From NCBI RefSeq assembly GCF_009914755.1, contig NC_060936.1: a stretch of 64,000 bases of DNA, one strand, 5' to 3'. A program made the translations under genes and the position numbers. Source of the DNA: the human T2T-CHM13v2.0 reference genome, Homo sapiens. Under the pieces are notes generated by a model, which made no database searches, was not told the DNA's origin, and saw only the letters and a list, made by a program, of their open reading frames with translations. This document shows, piece after piece, positions 42,338 through 54,682 of the stretch (its first letter is position 1; every line of letters starts with the position of its first letter).

Positions 42338-42474
42338 TACTTTTATTTATTTTCTTAAAAGAAGGTGTCTCACTGTGTTGCCCAGGCTAACCTTGAACTC
42401 CTGGGCTTAAGGGATCCTCCAGTCTCAGCCCCCAGAGTCGCAGGGATTTTAGGCATGAGTTACTGCACCCAGCC
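42338..42474 (-). mobile_element. FLAM-type Alu monomer
   Basis: Single arm: tgttgcccaggct...gaactcctgggctt...tgcacccagcc. Confidence 0.8.
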
Positions 42475-42517
42475 CTCTTACAGATTTTATGAAAAAAAAA
42501 ATCTACCTTTGAAGGGA

Positions 42518-42807
42518 TTTTTTTTTTTGAGACAGGGTCTCGTTCAGTCGCCCAGGATGGAGTGCAGTGGTGCGATCTCGGCTCACTGCAACCTCCACCT
42601 CCTGGGTTCAAGCAATTCTCTGCCTCAGCCTCCCGAGTATCTGGGATTACAGGTGCCCCTCACCATGCCTAGCTAATTTTTGTATTTTTAGTAGAGACGG
42701 GGTTTCACCATCATGGCTAGGCTGCTCTTGAACTTCTGACCTCATGATCCACCTGCCTCAGCCTCCCAAAGTGCTGGAATTACAGGTGTGAGCCACCGCG
42801 CCCAGCC
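42518..42807 (-). mobile_element. AluS
   Basis: Both arms; TSD tgaagggattttt at 42510 and 42808. Confidence 0.96.
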
Positions 42808-43780
42808 TGAAGGGATTTTTAAACCTTGCAGAAACCTGTCGTCACAGTTTATTTGCAATGTTTTACTTCTGCAGAAGCTTTTGCTGACCTGACCCACGTT
42901 GATATTTAGAGTTCAACTCAGTGCTTCAACTCGGTGACCACACAGCCCACAGTCACTATATGCTGTCTCTAAACTCTTAAGCGTCTATTTCTCAGATACA
43001 GACCCATCTTAGACCCTTCACCCATGTTTTTATTACTGAGTATGTGGTGATTAATCCTTTCAGAGCCAGTTCTAACTTCCGTGTACAACCGGAGCTTCCA
43101 AATGGGTTTTGGCCATGGTGAGAAGCCCTTACTGAACATTTCTGTGAATGGAATAATTGAATAGACATAATTACAAGACTCTGTGCCGTGTGAAATTGTA
43201 AATAGCACTGACAATGTAATTTGCATTCATTTATGATACAGTAACTCATTATGGCTCCGATTTTCATCCCCTTCATTAACAAGCTCATCTGTTTCCCTGA
43301 TGGAAGCCCCTTTTGTGTTAGATACAGCTCTTTGCCCAGAGAGATGCCCACGGTGTGGACTGGCGCTGAGAAGTGCACTTGGTGTTGCTGACAGCAGGAC
43401 ACATGGCAGAGTGGTGTCCCCCAGAGCATATGTACACCCCAGCCAAAGAAATGTGTGTGTGACTTCTGGGCTGTTTAGCTTTTTTAAAAAATATGTACAT
43501 TTTGCTTGCTTGGATTGCAGGGAATTATTATATTAAATAAGAAATGGAAACAGACCTTGTCACCAATAAAATAATAATGAGGAGGAGGAAGAGAAGAGAC
43601 ATGTCATCAATTCATATAATAATATTAATAATAATGGGGAGTAGGAGACACAGACAAGGACCATATTCCTTGTGAACTCATCCATGCATCAATCTCATTG
43701 TAGTTATTCAGACTCCTTCCTCCACTTGTCATTACTTCACCATTTCAAATCATGGGTCCCATGGTTTGCTCATCTTTATT

Positions 43781-44103
43781 TTTTATTTTTATTTTATTTT
43801 ATGTTATCTTTTAAGAGACAAGGTCTAGTTCTGTTGCCCAGGCTGGAGTGCAGTGGTGCAGCCATAGCTCACTGCAGCCTTGAACTCCTGAGCTCAAGCA
43901 ATCCGCCTGCCCCAGCCTCCTAAGTTGCTGGGACTACAGGCCGGCACCACCACACTTGGATAACTTTTTTAGTTTTATTTTTTGTAAGAGACAGGGTCTT
44001 GATATGTTGCCTAAGTTGGTCTTGTACTCCTGGCCTCAAGTGATCCTCCCACCTGAGCCACCCAAAGTGATGGGATTACAGGTGTTAACCATGGTGCCTG
44101 GCC
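43781..44103 (-). mobile_element. AluJ
   Basis: Both arms; TSD tcatctttatt at 43770 and 44104. Confidence 0.94.
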
Positions 44104-44269
44104 TCATCTTTATTAAAGACATCATTTCTGCTTTATCCTCCCCAACAGCAGCTCCAGCTTATTCTGTCTGGACCAGGAAAATAGGAAGTTTTTCCCTGTC
44201 AGGAGTGTTGGGATCGACTGCCTCTTCTTTTTTTTTTTTTTTTGCCTTAAACTCAAACTTTCTTTAAAT

Positions 44270-44945
44270 TAAATTAAATTAAATTTACTTTAATTTTAAG
44301 TTCCAGGATACATGTGCAGGACGTCCAGGTTTGTTACACAGGTGAAAGTGTGCCATGGTGGTTTGCTGCACCCATCAGCCCATCACCGAGGTATCAAGCC
44401 CCGTATGCATTAGCTATTTATCTTGATGCTCTCTCTCTCCCTGCCCCTACAACAGGCCCCGACGTGTATTGTTCCTCTCTTTGTGTTCATGTGTTCTCAT
44501 TGTTCAGCTCCCACTTATAAGTGAGAACATGTAGTGTTTGGTTTTCTGTTCCCGTGTTGGTTTGCTGAGGATAATGGCTTCCAGCTCCATCCATGTCCCT
44601 GCAAAGGACATGATCTCGTTCATTTTCGTGGCTGCATAGTATTCCATGGTGTATATGTACCACATTTTATTTATCCAGTTTATCATTGATGGGGATTTGA
44701 ATTGATTCCATGTCTTTGCTATTGTGAATATTGCTGCAATGAACATATGCTTGCATGTATCTTTATAACAGAATGATTTATATTCCTTTGGGTATATACC
44801 CAGTAATGGGATTGCTGGGTCAAATAGTGTTTCTGGTTCTAGGTCTTTGGGGAATTGCCATACTGTCTTCCATAGTGGTTGAACTAATTTACATTCCCAC
44901 CAACAGTGTAAAAGCGTTCCTATTTCTCCACAGACTTGCCAGCAT
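44270..44945 (-). mobile_element. L1PA 3' end including the ORF2 C-terminus
   Basis: ORF 44504-44965(-) reads [19 protein letters not shown]...MEYYAATK, i.e. the L1 ORF2p C-terminus; 3' UTR present. Confidence 0.95.
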
Positions 44946-45529
44946 CCAACTGCCTTTATGGTCATTCATCCTTGCAGGTAGGGGAGGGATGTGTATTGAG
45001 GGGAGGGCAGGATGATGACAGACATTTGCCCATATTCCCCTGTTAGGCAGGGTTAATATCTGTATGTTGGGGTCACAAGTGGCTTCTGTTGGCAGACTTC
45101 TGCTCTCGGTGCTTGTCCAGATAAAAGACAGCTCAGTTTGCCATATGAGCGGACCCACAGTTCGAGTTTTTGTGTGAAGTATCAGGAAGACAATTTTTAC
45201 CTCAGATCCAATCATGTTTCTTCAATTCTGCAGAGGCAGCAATAAAGGTATTGCTTTTGATACAAATTTAACTTTGTTTTTACTGTCCGTTGGTTCCAGT
45301 CTTAAATAGGGTGCAGTTGGGTTGGTCTCCACTCTCAGAAAATCCAGTTATGAACAGTAGGTTTGCATTAGGTAGGGGGCTAAAGTACTTGTGAGATTAT
45401 TCCTATGGTGTATGCCTTCACTGAGGGGTTTTGGGTCCTGCTAGGGGGCAGAAACTGGGTCTTATTTTTGTATTCAGAACATGTAACACGTAAAGAGCTG
45501 GGTTCAAACTTTTGTTTTTTAGGAAACAT

Positions 45530-45960
45530 ACTAGATCAGAATAGGTTTATTTGCAAGACACCACAAATAGCAATTGCTTATATGACAATGCAAGGTAACT
45601 TCACCCTAACATAAAAGCCCTAATGTGGGCAGTCAGGGCTGCAAGGAGATCTGTCTTACAGGGTCTTCAGAAACCCAGGCCCCTTCCAATGTGATTCTCT
45701 CCCATGCACTGTCTCCATTCCCGAGGTCACCTCAAGGTCCACGGTGGCCGTATCAGATCCAGCCATGATGACAGCATGACAGTCTATGGGAAGAGAGAAT
45801 GAACCCCATAAAGTGACTATAAGGTGTGGCATGTTTCATCTATGTCTGGAAGTTATCACTGACTATATTTCCCTTTGGATAGACGTGGACACCTGAGAGT
45901 CTGGGAAGTGTTATTATTGGCAGTCACATGCCAGGCTAAAAAAGGGAAATTTTATTACTA
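45530..45960 (-). mobile_element. Old MLT1 (J/K-like) LTR relic
   Basis: gaaacccaggcccc...cctcaaggtccacggtggc resemble MLT1; highly diverged. Confidence 0.4.
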
Positions 45961-46340
45961 TGGGAGAACATATGCTTTTTGTCCCAGAAGATTCAGTTGC
46001 CTGTGGAAGATGAAGAATGTAAAACTCCCTGTAACTGTAATTGTAGGGCCAGATAAGTTGATCTACAGGGAATGTGTATGGGGAGTGATGGAATGATGTC
46101 ACAAGTAACTGTGGTTGGAAACCACCTGTTAGGTCAGACATGAAAAGGTCACTGGCCTGGGATGTTTCAGTGGCAGGAGTGTTAACAGCCCTGAACTTCA
46201 TTTCCATTCTCTCAAATAATGGGTGATGATATCTAGAAGTGGGAATATAACATATTATCTGTTTAATCTACAGGGCTGTTATAAAAATCAAGTGAGATAA
46301 CATGCCAAGGTAAAAGGGTGCCTTTTTAAATTTTACTTGT

Positions 46341-46773
46341 TGTACTGGGTTGAATAGTGTCCTTCCAAAATTTATATTCACCTGAAACCCCAGAATGTGA
46401 CCTTATTTGGCAATAAGGCCTTTGTAGACGTAATTAGTGCAGTAGAGTTCATGATGGATTATGGTAGGAACTAAATCCCATAACTGATATCCTTATACAA
46501 AGACCATGTGAGAACACACACATAGGGAAGAAGGCTATGTGGGATGGAGGCAGCAATTGGAGTGATGTGGCCACAAGCCGAGGAACACCTGTGGCCAGCA
46601 GAAGCTGGAAGAGGGGAGGAAGTATTCTTCCCTAGAGCCTCAAAAAGGAGCACAGCCCTGTTGACTCCTGGATTTCGGACTTCCGTCTTTTAGAACAGTG
46701 AGAATAAATTCCTGGTGTTTTAAGCCACGCAGTTTGTAGTATTTTGTTATGGCAACCACAGGAGGCTAACACA
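46341..46773 (+). mobile_element. MLT1C-like solo LTR
   Basis: tgtactgggttgaatagtgtcc...gaatgtgaccttatttgg...agaagctggaagagg...tttaagccac. Confidence 0.88.
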
Positions 46774-46920
46774 TCTGCCACAGTAACAGTCCATGCTCCA
46801 TGGCTCTTTTGTAAGGATTAAACGAACATCTAAGTGGTGAACATGGTGCCTGACACAGAGTCAGCACTTCTGGAACATCTTTAAGGGAGCTGTGTAGAAT
46901 GCTCCATCTATGGATTAAAC

Positions 46921-47126
46921 CAAGCTTGTCCAACCCATAGCCCATGGCTGCACGCAGCCCAGGATAGCCCAATACAAATTCGTAAACTTTCTTGAAACAT
47001 TGTAAGATTTATTTGTGATTTTTCTTTAGCTTCTCAGCTATCATTAGTGTTAGTGTATTTTATGTGTGGCCCAAGACAATTCTTCTTCCAGTGTGGCCTA
47101 GGAAGCCACAAGATTAGACATCCCTG
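46921..47126 (+). mobile_element. MER30 hAT-Charlie MITE
   Basis: caagcttgtccaacc...ttagacatccctg ends; 8-bp near-TSD gattaaac/gattaaaa. Confidence 0.88.
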
Positions 47127-47171
47127 GATTAAAACTTCCATTGTGAAAATACAATACTGGGAGATAGGTGC

Positions 47172-47550
47172 TGTATTAGTCCATTTTCATGCTGCTATAA
47201 AGAAATACCCGAGACTGGATAATTTATAAAGGAAAGAGGTTTAATTAACTCACAGTTTGGCATGGCTGGGGAGGCCTCAGGAAACTTACAATCATGGTGG
47301 AAGGGGAAGCAAACATGTCCTTCTTCACAAGGCAGCAGGAGACAGAAGTGCAAAATGAAGGGGGAAGAGCCCCTTATAAAACCATCAGATCTCATGAGAA
47401 CTCACTCACTTTCACGAGAATAGCACAGGGGGAACCACCACCATGATCCAATCACTTCCCATGAGGTCCCTCCCCCAACATGTGGGGATTACAATTTGGA
47501 TTACAATTTAAGATGAGATGTGGGTGGGGACACAGAGCCAGACCATATCA
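47172..47550 (-). mobile_element. MSTA solo LTR
   Basis: tgtattagtcc...ccagaccatatca; near-TSD ggtgc/ggtgt. Confidence 0.93.
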
Positions 47551-47741
47551 GGTGTTGTCCCAGAGAAAGAGAGAATATGTTTGCTCGGTGGTGTCAGCTA
47601 TAAGCAAACAAGTCTGATTCAGTCATTTACATCAAGTCATTCAGTGTGTGAGCAAAGATGCTAAGACCACTGGATGGGTGACTTCAAATTCCCCTGGCTC
47701 AGTGTCTTGATATAAACTGTAAATTAAAAATAGAGTATCTT

Positions 47742-47895
47742 GGCCGGGCATGGTGGCTTATACCTGTAATCCCAGCACTTTGGGAGGATCCCTTGAGCCC
47801 AGGAAATTGAGGCTGCAGTGAGCTATGATTGTGCCACTGCATTCCAGACTGAGCAACAGGCAAGACCCTGTCTCTAAAATAAAATGAAGTAAAAT
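47742..47895 (+). mobile_element. Monomeric Alu (FRAM-like, or an AluJ with arm-to-arm deletion)
   Basis: Left-arm start joined at gggagg to right-arm atcccttgagcccagg. Confidence 0.85.
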
Positions 47896-48732
47896 AGGAA
47901 ATATTGTTTTGTAAGTTTCAGATGCTCACTGTTATGGGTAGAAGGTGGAAATTCCTGATGACTTAATCTAAGCACCTAAATCCAACCACTTCTGAATCTC
48001 CTAAGTAGGCATTCAAATCAGCAAATCCCCTTCGTAACTTCAAAATAGTCATTGTCTTTCTCTTCGCACTAAAATTTAAGATCTATGTGGGGAAAGGTTT
48101 TGTCTTTGTTATCAAGATATCCCCAGCATTTACAGAAAATGCCTACTACATGGTAGACACTCTAATAATATTAAATGAATGAATAGCAAGTATAAGAAGC
48201 CCAATTCCATCTGGCTTTAATGAGGAAATGTTGAAGAATGTGAGTGCACTTACATACTTTCGAGTAGATATACCATCAGGGGCAACTGTAAGAGGCACTG
48301 GAAGATGTAACTACTGATACCTGATGCATAACTGCTTAATATGTCAGATGGTGTAGCATTAATTCCAGATAAATAGAGCTGAAATAAACTACCTCACTAT
48401 AGTCACTTGTGGTCTATCTGCATACATGCTTTGTGATTTTATTTGTTCAGTAAGAAGCTTAGCTAACTGTATATTCCTGAACTGGCATGTTCCTTTGGGT
48501 TTTGATTTCTTGTTTCCCCTACATAAGCCAATTTGAGTTGGGTTAAGTATAAAAAGAGAAGTTTTGACTTACCTTAATAAAGTTCTGTACATTCACGAAC
48601 CCAAGGAAATTGATAAATCCATTTTGACTTTAATTTAGCTTTTCTTCAAAAAGCAAAATGTTGGCATTTCTTTGGCTCCCTTCATTCTTCAGATGTCTTT
48701 TCTTTCTTGCCTTTCTCCAGTGTCCTATCTAA

Positions 48733-49095
48733 TGATATGGTTTGACTTTGTCCCCACTCAAATCTCATCTTGAATTGTAGCACCCACAATTCTCATGTGT
48801 TGTAGGAGGGATCTGGTGGGAGATAATTGAATCATGGGGGCAGTTTCCCCCATATTGTTCTCATTGTAATGAATAAGTCTCACAAGAGCTGATGGTTTTA
48901 TAAGCAGAAACCTTTTCACTTGGTTCTCATTTCCTCTCTTGCTGCCACCCTGTAAGCCGTGCCTTTCACCTTCTGCCATGATTGTGAGGCCTCCCTAGCC
49001 ATGTGGAACTGTGAGTCCATTAAACCTCCTTTTCCTTTATAAATTACCCAGTCTCAGGTATGTCTTTATCAGCAGCCTGAAAACAGACTGACATA
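48733..49095 (+). mobile_element. THE1B-like solo LTR
   Basis: tgatatggtttg start; perfect TSD tctaa at 48728 and 49096. Confidence 0.94.
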
Positions 49096-49250
49096 TCTAA
49101 CAATCATCACCACCTGACAACACCCACTCTAGAATTTCACTGCAGTATGTGATGCATTCTAATGCGGCTGTCACAGTTGGGGTCCCTCAAAGCAGAGCCT
49201 GAGACAAGGACTGCAGTGCAGGTAGTTAATTTGGATGAAGGATAGACCAG

Positions 49251-49621
49251 TGTATTAGTCCATTCTCATACTGCTATAAAGATACGACCTGAGACTGAGT
49301 AATTTATAAAGGAAAGAGGTTTAATTGACTCACAGTTGTGCATGGCTGAGGGGAGGCCTCAGGAAACTTACAATCATGGTAGAAGGTGAAGGGGAAGCAA
49401 GGACCTTCTTCACATGGCAGAAAGAGAGAGAAGAGTGAGCAAGAATAGGGAAAACTGCCTTATAAAACCATCAGATCTCATGAGAACTCACTCACTATCA
49501 TGAGAACAGCATGGCGGGAACCACCCCCCAATCCAATCACCTCACACCAGGTCCCTCCCTTGAGACTTGGGGATTACACTTCTAGATAAGATTTGAGTGG
49601 GGACACAACCAAACCATATCA
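49251..49621 (-). mobile_element. MSTA solo LTR
   Basis: Perfect TSD accag at 49246 and 49622. Confidence 0.94.
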
Positions 49622-49682
49622 ACCAGAAACGGAGTAGGCTGATGAAGCAAGTCTAGAAAGTGTAGGCAAACAATAAAAAGTG

Positions 49683-49930
49683 TGGGTGGATCACCTGAGG
49701 TCAGGAGTTCGAGACCAGCCTGGCCAACATGGTGAAACCCCATCTCTACTAAAAATAAATTTTAAAAAAATTAGCTGGGCATGGTGACAGGTGCCCATAT
49801 CCCAGCTACTTGAGAGACTGAGGCAGGAGAATCGCTTGAACCTGGGAGGCGGAGGTTGCGATGGCCAGGATCGCGCCACTGTACTCCAGTCTGGGTGGCA
49901 GAGGGGAACTCCATCTTAAATAAAAAAAAA
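49683..49930 (+). mobile_element. 5'-truncated AluSx-like element
   Basis: Starts at tgggtggatcacctgagg; TSD-like aaaaagtg on both sides. Confidence 0.93.
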
Positions 49931-50904
49931 GTGCAGTATCAATGTCAGCCATTACCACGGGCAATGGTGCTTAAAACTACCGTGGAAACTCGGAGGATAG
50001 CAAGGAGCCCAAACCTCACCTGGAGCCCTTTGATGAGGGCCAAGGGGACCGGAAGTTGTGAAAACTAACTTTCATCATTCATTGATGGAAGATTCTTTCC
50101 CTTGACATTAAATCCCCAACACTCCCAGCCACACAGGTAAGACTGAGCACATTTGAGTGGCAAGCTTTCAGGTAAGGACATGCACGTGCTGATCGTGGTA
50201 AGTGAGCCCAGCAAGCATTGATATAAGGGCTGGTGAATGAATGGATGTGGCATTGACAATGACTGGGTACAGGAGGTTCTATTGAGGCTCCTTATATTTA
50301 TGTCAAATGTATTTTTGTTCTTTCTAATAGTGGCTGCTTTTAATCCTGAAAACTGTTTAAACCTGCTTTAAAGATTTTTAAATAATACATCTGTTTGTGT
50401 GAGTTTTTTAAAAAATCAATTCTAATTTAATGCTTGAGTTCATGCATACACTACTTGAGGCGACACTTGGGTTGAGGTTCATGTTCTAGGAAAGCACTTT
50501 TGTTGATCATGAATGCAGACGATGTGAATGCATCACTGGTCTATCAGTGGGTGCGAAAATTTTAAAAAAATGCCTGTCTGCCTTGTTTCTCATATTTTGT
50601 TTGTGCACTTTTCTTCCCTTTGCATGAAGTATCTGGTCCAACTCCCTCCTCCAACACTTGTCTATTTCAAGATTCAGTTAAAGTGTCACATGTTTTATTA
50701 AGTCTTTTCTGATTCTTTCCACCATCCCATAGACAGATATTGCTTCTGTTATGCATGTGTCCTTTTCTTCCTTCTAGCTCTCCTCCCCACTGTCCCTCAA
50801 CACAGCCCCCAGAGAAATCCACCTAAACTATCATATCATGTCAGTCTCTAATTAAACCTATCAGTGGCTCCCTGCTTCCATAAGCCCAATTAATTTAGTC
50901 CTCA

Positions 50905-51025
50905 ACACAGACACATACACACACACACATGAACATGCACACAGGTGCATGGCCACACATATACACATGCAGTACACACAAGCACGCACACACGTGAACA
51001 CACATATGTCTAGACACAGACACAT
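50905..51025. repeat. Degenerate (CA)n tract
   Basis: acacagacacatacacacacacacatg... Confidence 0.85.
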
Positions 51026-51480
51026 CCCCTTACACTTTCTTATCACTCTTCCTCCTCATAGAACACATCCCTCCTTTTCACCCTCTACTTCACTGTGTAT
51101 GCATTTTCATAAGAACCCGTCACTCTTTACTGTTATTTATCTATAAATATGACCCCCCCACAAAAAAAACCTGAAATATTTGCACAAGTCTGTCTGATCC
51201 AGCTCTGTGGCTCCAGTACCAAGCTCAATGCCTGCAAACATGGTGAGCATGAAATAAGTTCTGTGATGGAAACAGTGAAAAAATCAAATGAGGGAAATCT
51301 GTCCCAGATTAACTCTATTCATGTTCATGAACCTGCTCCAAATGCAGCATCAATCAAGAGCTTAAATAAAATAAAGTCAGATGGAAACATATAGATCCTT
51401 AGAAACTTAGGGAATTACTTTAAAAGTTATTAATTAATTTTCACCTCTCTGTGCAGTTAAATTTGTTTCCACATAAAAGT

Positions 51481-52302
51481 CAAAAGAAGACATTTATGTG
51501 GCCAACAAACATATGAAAAAAAGCTTATCATCACTGGTCATTAGAGAAACGAAAATCAAAACCACAATGAGATACCATCTCACGCCAGGTGGAATGGCAA
51601 TCATTAAAACATTTGGAAACAACAGATGCTGGAGAGGATGTGGAGAAATAGGAATGCTTTTACCCTGTTGGTGGGAGTATAAATTAGTTCAACCATTGTG
51701 GAAGACAGTGTGGCAATTCCTCAAGGATCTAGAACCAGAAATACCATTTGACCCATCAGTCCCATTACTGGGCATATACCCAAAGGATTATAAATCATTC
51801 TACTACAAAGACACATGCACACGTATGTTTATTGCAGCACTATTTACAATAGCAAAGACTTGGCAACAACCCAAATGTCCATCAATGACAGACTGGATTA
51901 AGAAAATGTGGCACATATAACACCGTGGAATACTATGCAGCCATAAAAAAGAATGAGCTCATGTCCTTTTCAGGGACATGGATGAAGCTGGAAAACATCA
52001 TTCTCAGCAAACTAACACAGGAACAGAAAACTAAACACCACATATTCTCACTCATAAATGGGAGTTGAACAATGAGAACACATGGACACAGGGAGGGGAA
52101 TATGACTCACTGGGGGCTATCAGGGGGTGGGGGGAAAGGCGAGGGAGAGCATTAGGGTGAATACCTAATGCATGCAGGGCTTAAAACCTGTATGATGGGT
52201 TGATAGGTGCAGCAAACCACCATGGCAGATGTATACCTATGTAAACAAGCCTGCATGCTCAGCACATGTATCCCAGAAGTGAAAGTAAAATAATTAAAAA
52301 AA
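51481..52302 (+). mobile_element. L1PA 3' end including the ORF2 C-terminus
   Basis: ORF 51498-51920 reads ANKHMKK...[10 protein letters not shown]...[18 protein letters not shown]; G-rich 3' UTR and A tail. Confidence 0.96.
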
Positions 52303-52579
52303 GTATAGCAGGGAAGGAGTCCATGATATAAAATAATCATCCTCTCACTCCACTCTTAGGGAAAACAGAAGCATAAAAAATGTCACTGTGTGAAGATGGA
52401 GCTCCACACCTGTCCTGCATGTTCCACGAGTGTTATTGCATGGATGCCACCTAAGATCCATTGAAGTCTACAGATAGTTTTTTAAATGAAAACCTTAAGC
52501 TCTATTACACCTATTCTTGTCTCTACAATATCAGTTACTTAGGGCTATTTCATTACTAGCTTATGAGAAAATAAAACAT

Positions 52580-53300
52580 AACTTTCCTTTTTATGAGAAT
52601 GTCCAACAAATATCAAAATAGAAAATGAAGAGATAGTAAATGAAGCCCCAGGTACACATCCTGTGTTTCAGCAATTATCAGCATTTTGCTTACCTGTTTC
52701 TTTGCACTTACTCCATCGGGAATATTTTTTAAACGTTCCAGATATCAAAGCATTTCATTAGTTAATACTATATGATGTATCTATAAAGGAAATAACACTG
52801 TTTTTTTTTTTAAAAAAAACAAAATCAGAACATCATTATGTCTAGTAAAATTAATAATGATCTCTTACTATCTTCTGACAACCATTCAGTGTTCAAATTC
52901 CCTTATTGTTTCAAAACTGCTCATTGACCCCTTGATATGTTTGAAGCACGTTCAGAGAGGATGCACATAGTGTATTTAGTTTATACTTTCTTAAATCTTT
53001 TTAAATCTATAACAGCATCCCATTCTTACCTCCGTTTCCTTGTGCCATTTGTTTGGGGAAGAAACTAAACCATTTATCTGGTAGAAATTTGCATATGCTG
53101 GATTTGGCTGATTGAATCATAGTGGTGTCATTTCATTTTTTTCCCATCACGTATTTCCGGTAAGCTAGGAGTCAAAACTAGAGATTTGACTGGATTTGGT
53201 TTATTTTTTTGGAAGGATTTCTTTATGCATAATGTTTTGTATTGCTTTCTCTCAGGGGACACCAGTTTTTCGTTGTTTTCTTTAAGTGATGTTCCAAATG
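52580..53300 (-). mobile_element. Old L1ME-type 3' relic
   Basis: gtgttcaaattccc...gaagaaactaaacca...ctggatttggctgattg. Confidence 0.5.
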
Positions 53301-53509
53301 ATTAGTGCAGAGAAAAGTTCTTTTGATTCCAAATTTAGAGCTCAGAATTCAGTTCAATTTTTGGAAGGGTAAACTCATAGATAGTACTTTTTATTACATC
53401 ACATACTTTGGGTTGCTTTTCATAAATTATGGCCAGAATGATGATTGCAGAGACAAGATCCTTGGAGTCTGCCTTTAGTGCTCAGGGATATATTATTCGC
53501 CATATGTAG

Positions 53510-53670
53510 CAAAAGGCTGTGAAATTCAGAGTTAGGCAGACTTGAGCTTAAACCTTGGATTCACTTCTGACTAAGTGTCCCTGGACAAGACACTTGACTT
53601 TTCTGAGCCTTGAGATGAATCATTGACCAGAGGTAGTAACACTCGCTGTACAAGGTCTTTGTGAACATTC
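53510..53670 (+). mobile_element. MIR
   Basis: gagttaggcagacttgagcttaaacc...ctggacaagacacttgacttttctgagcct. Confidence 0.65.
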
Positions 53671-54024
53671 AATAACACATGGAAATTCGATTCAGTTCTT
53701 GGTGCAGACCACAAGTGCTGCCAATGTTCCTCCCGTACACTGAGGAAAAACCCAGAAAGACACTGCAGAGAGCTGGACTAGGGCAGACCATCCCCGGAGA
53801 CTCGGAAAAGCATTTATTTCCGTAATTAGACCATGAAGACAAAGATAACCACAACTCAATAAAAACAACTTTTTCCACAATTCTATAGAGGACAGTTCAT
53901 GCACTTCATTCTTTGTAGAATGAAAAACGGAGGCCCAGGCTGATCGTTCTACCTGTCAGGAAACATGGTACGTGGAAAAGTAATTAAACCACGATGACGG
54001 AGCTGTATCGATTGTGTAACTTAC

Positions 54025-54682
54025 CCCATTTCCCGTTTGCCTCAAGAATGCCTGCCAGGCCGGGAGCGGTGGCTCACGCCTGTAATCCTAGCACTTTGGG
54101 AAGCCAAGGCGGGCGGATCACGAGGTCAGGATATCAAGACCATCCTGGCTAACACGGTGAAACCCCGTCTCTACTAAAAAAAAAAAAAAAAAAAAAGAAT
54201 GATTGCCGGTGGTGCTTGCGGCTGCAGCCTTTACCCCGAGATAAGTGCCACAAAATATCTGGCTTTTATTATTTTCGCATTGCTCTGGTATATCAACTTT
54301 GGGGAAAAAAGACATCATTTATTCATAGCATTCCGTTTTTAGTAGTGGTATTTCCATTTACAAAATATAGTAATTCTTGATCACGGAAAATATCAAAACC
54401 CAGAAAATGTAGCAATTCTACACGTGATGTTAACATCACTCTGGAACAGTTGGCCGAATATTATTTGATGAATCCGAGTTTTCTGAAATAGACGATTCTG
54501 ATTATTCAGACGATTCTGATGTTAGTTCTGTTTAGAAATAGCTTCAATAACAGTTTTTATATTCTATTTTCACATTGAAAATCAGTCAGATTGGCTTCAG
54601 CCTCAAAGAATGTGTTTATGTAAAATTAAATGAGTGCTGGCAGTGAGCTGTACTTTTCTTTTTTTTCTAAATGGGAAAAGGG
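54025..54682 (+). mobile_element. Full-length MER75 piggyBac-family MITE with an Alu insertion
   Basis: TIRs cccatttcccgttt / aaatgggaaaaggg; TTAA at 54683-54686 and TTAC at 54021-54024; internal gaaatagacgattctgat motif. Confidence 0.92.
54058..54196 (+). mobile_element. AluY left arm only, ending in poly(A)
   Basis: AluY-diagnostic accatcctggctaacacggtgaaacccc, then A21; TSD aagaatgcctgcc/aagaatgattgcc. Confidence 0.92.

Larger units (their letters stand above)
49169..50270. mobile_element. Old ERVL-type LTR relic (LTR16/33-like) hosting an MSTA and an Alu
   Basis: tgtcacagttggggtccctcaaagcagagcctgagacaagga start motif; right end uncertain. Confidence 0.4.

Noticed and set aside
44504-44965. 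153-aa ORF with clear protein-like sequence
   Set aside because: L1 ORF2p C-terminal fragment of a 5'-truncated element, not a host gene
51498-51920. 140-aa ORF
   Set aside because: L1 ORF2p C-terminal fragment; non-ATG start and no EN/RT domains
52798-52822. T11-A8 palindrome
   Set aside because: Homopolymer juxtaposition inside an old L1
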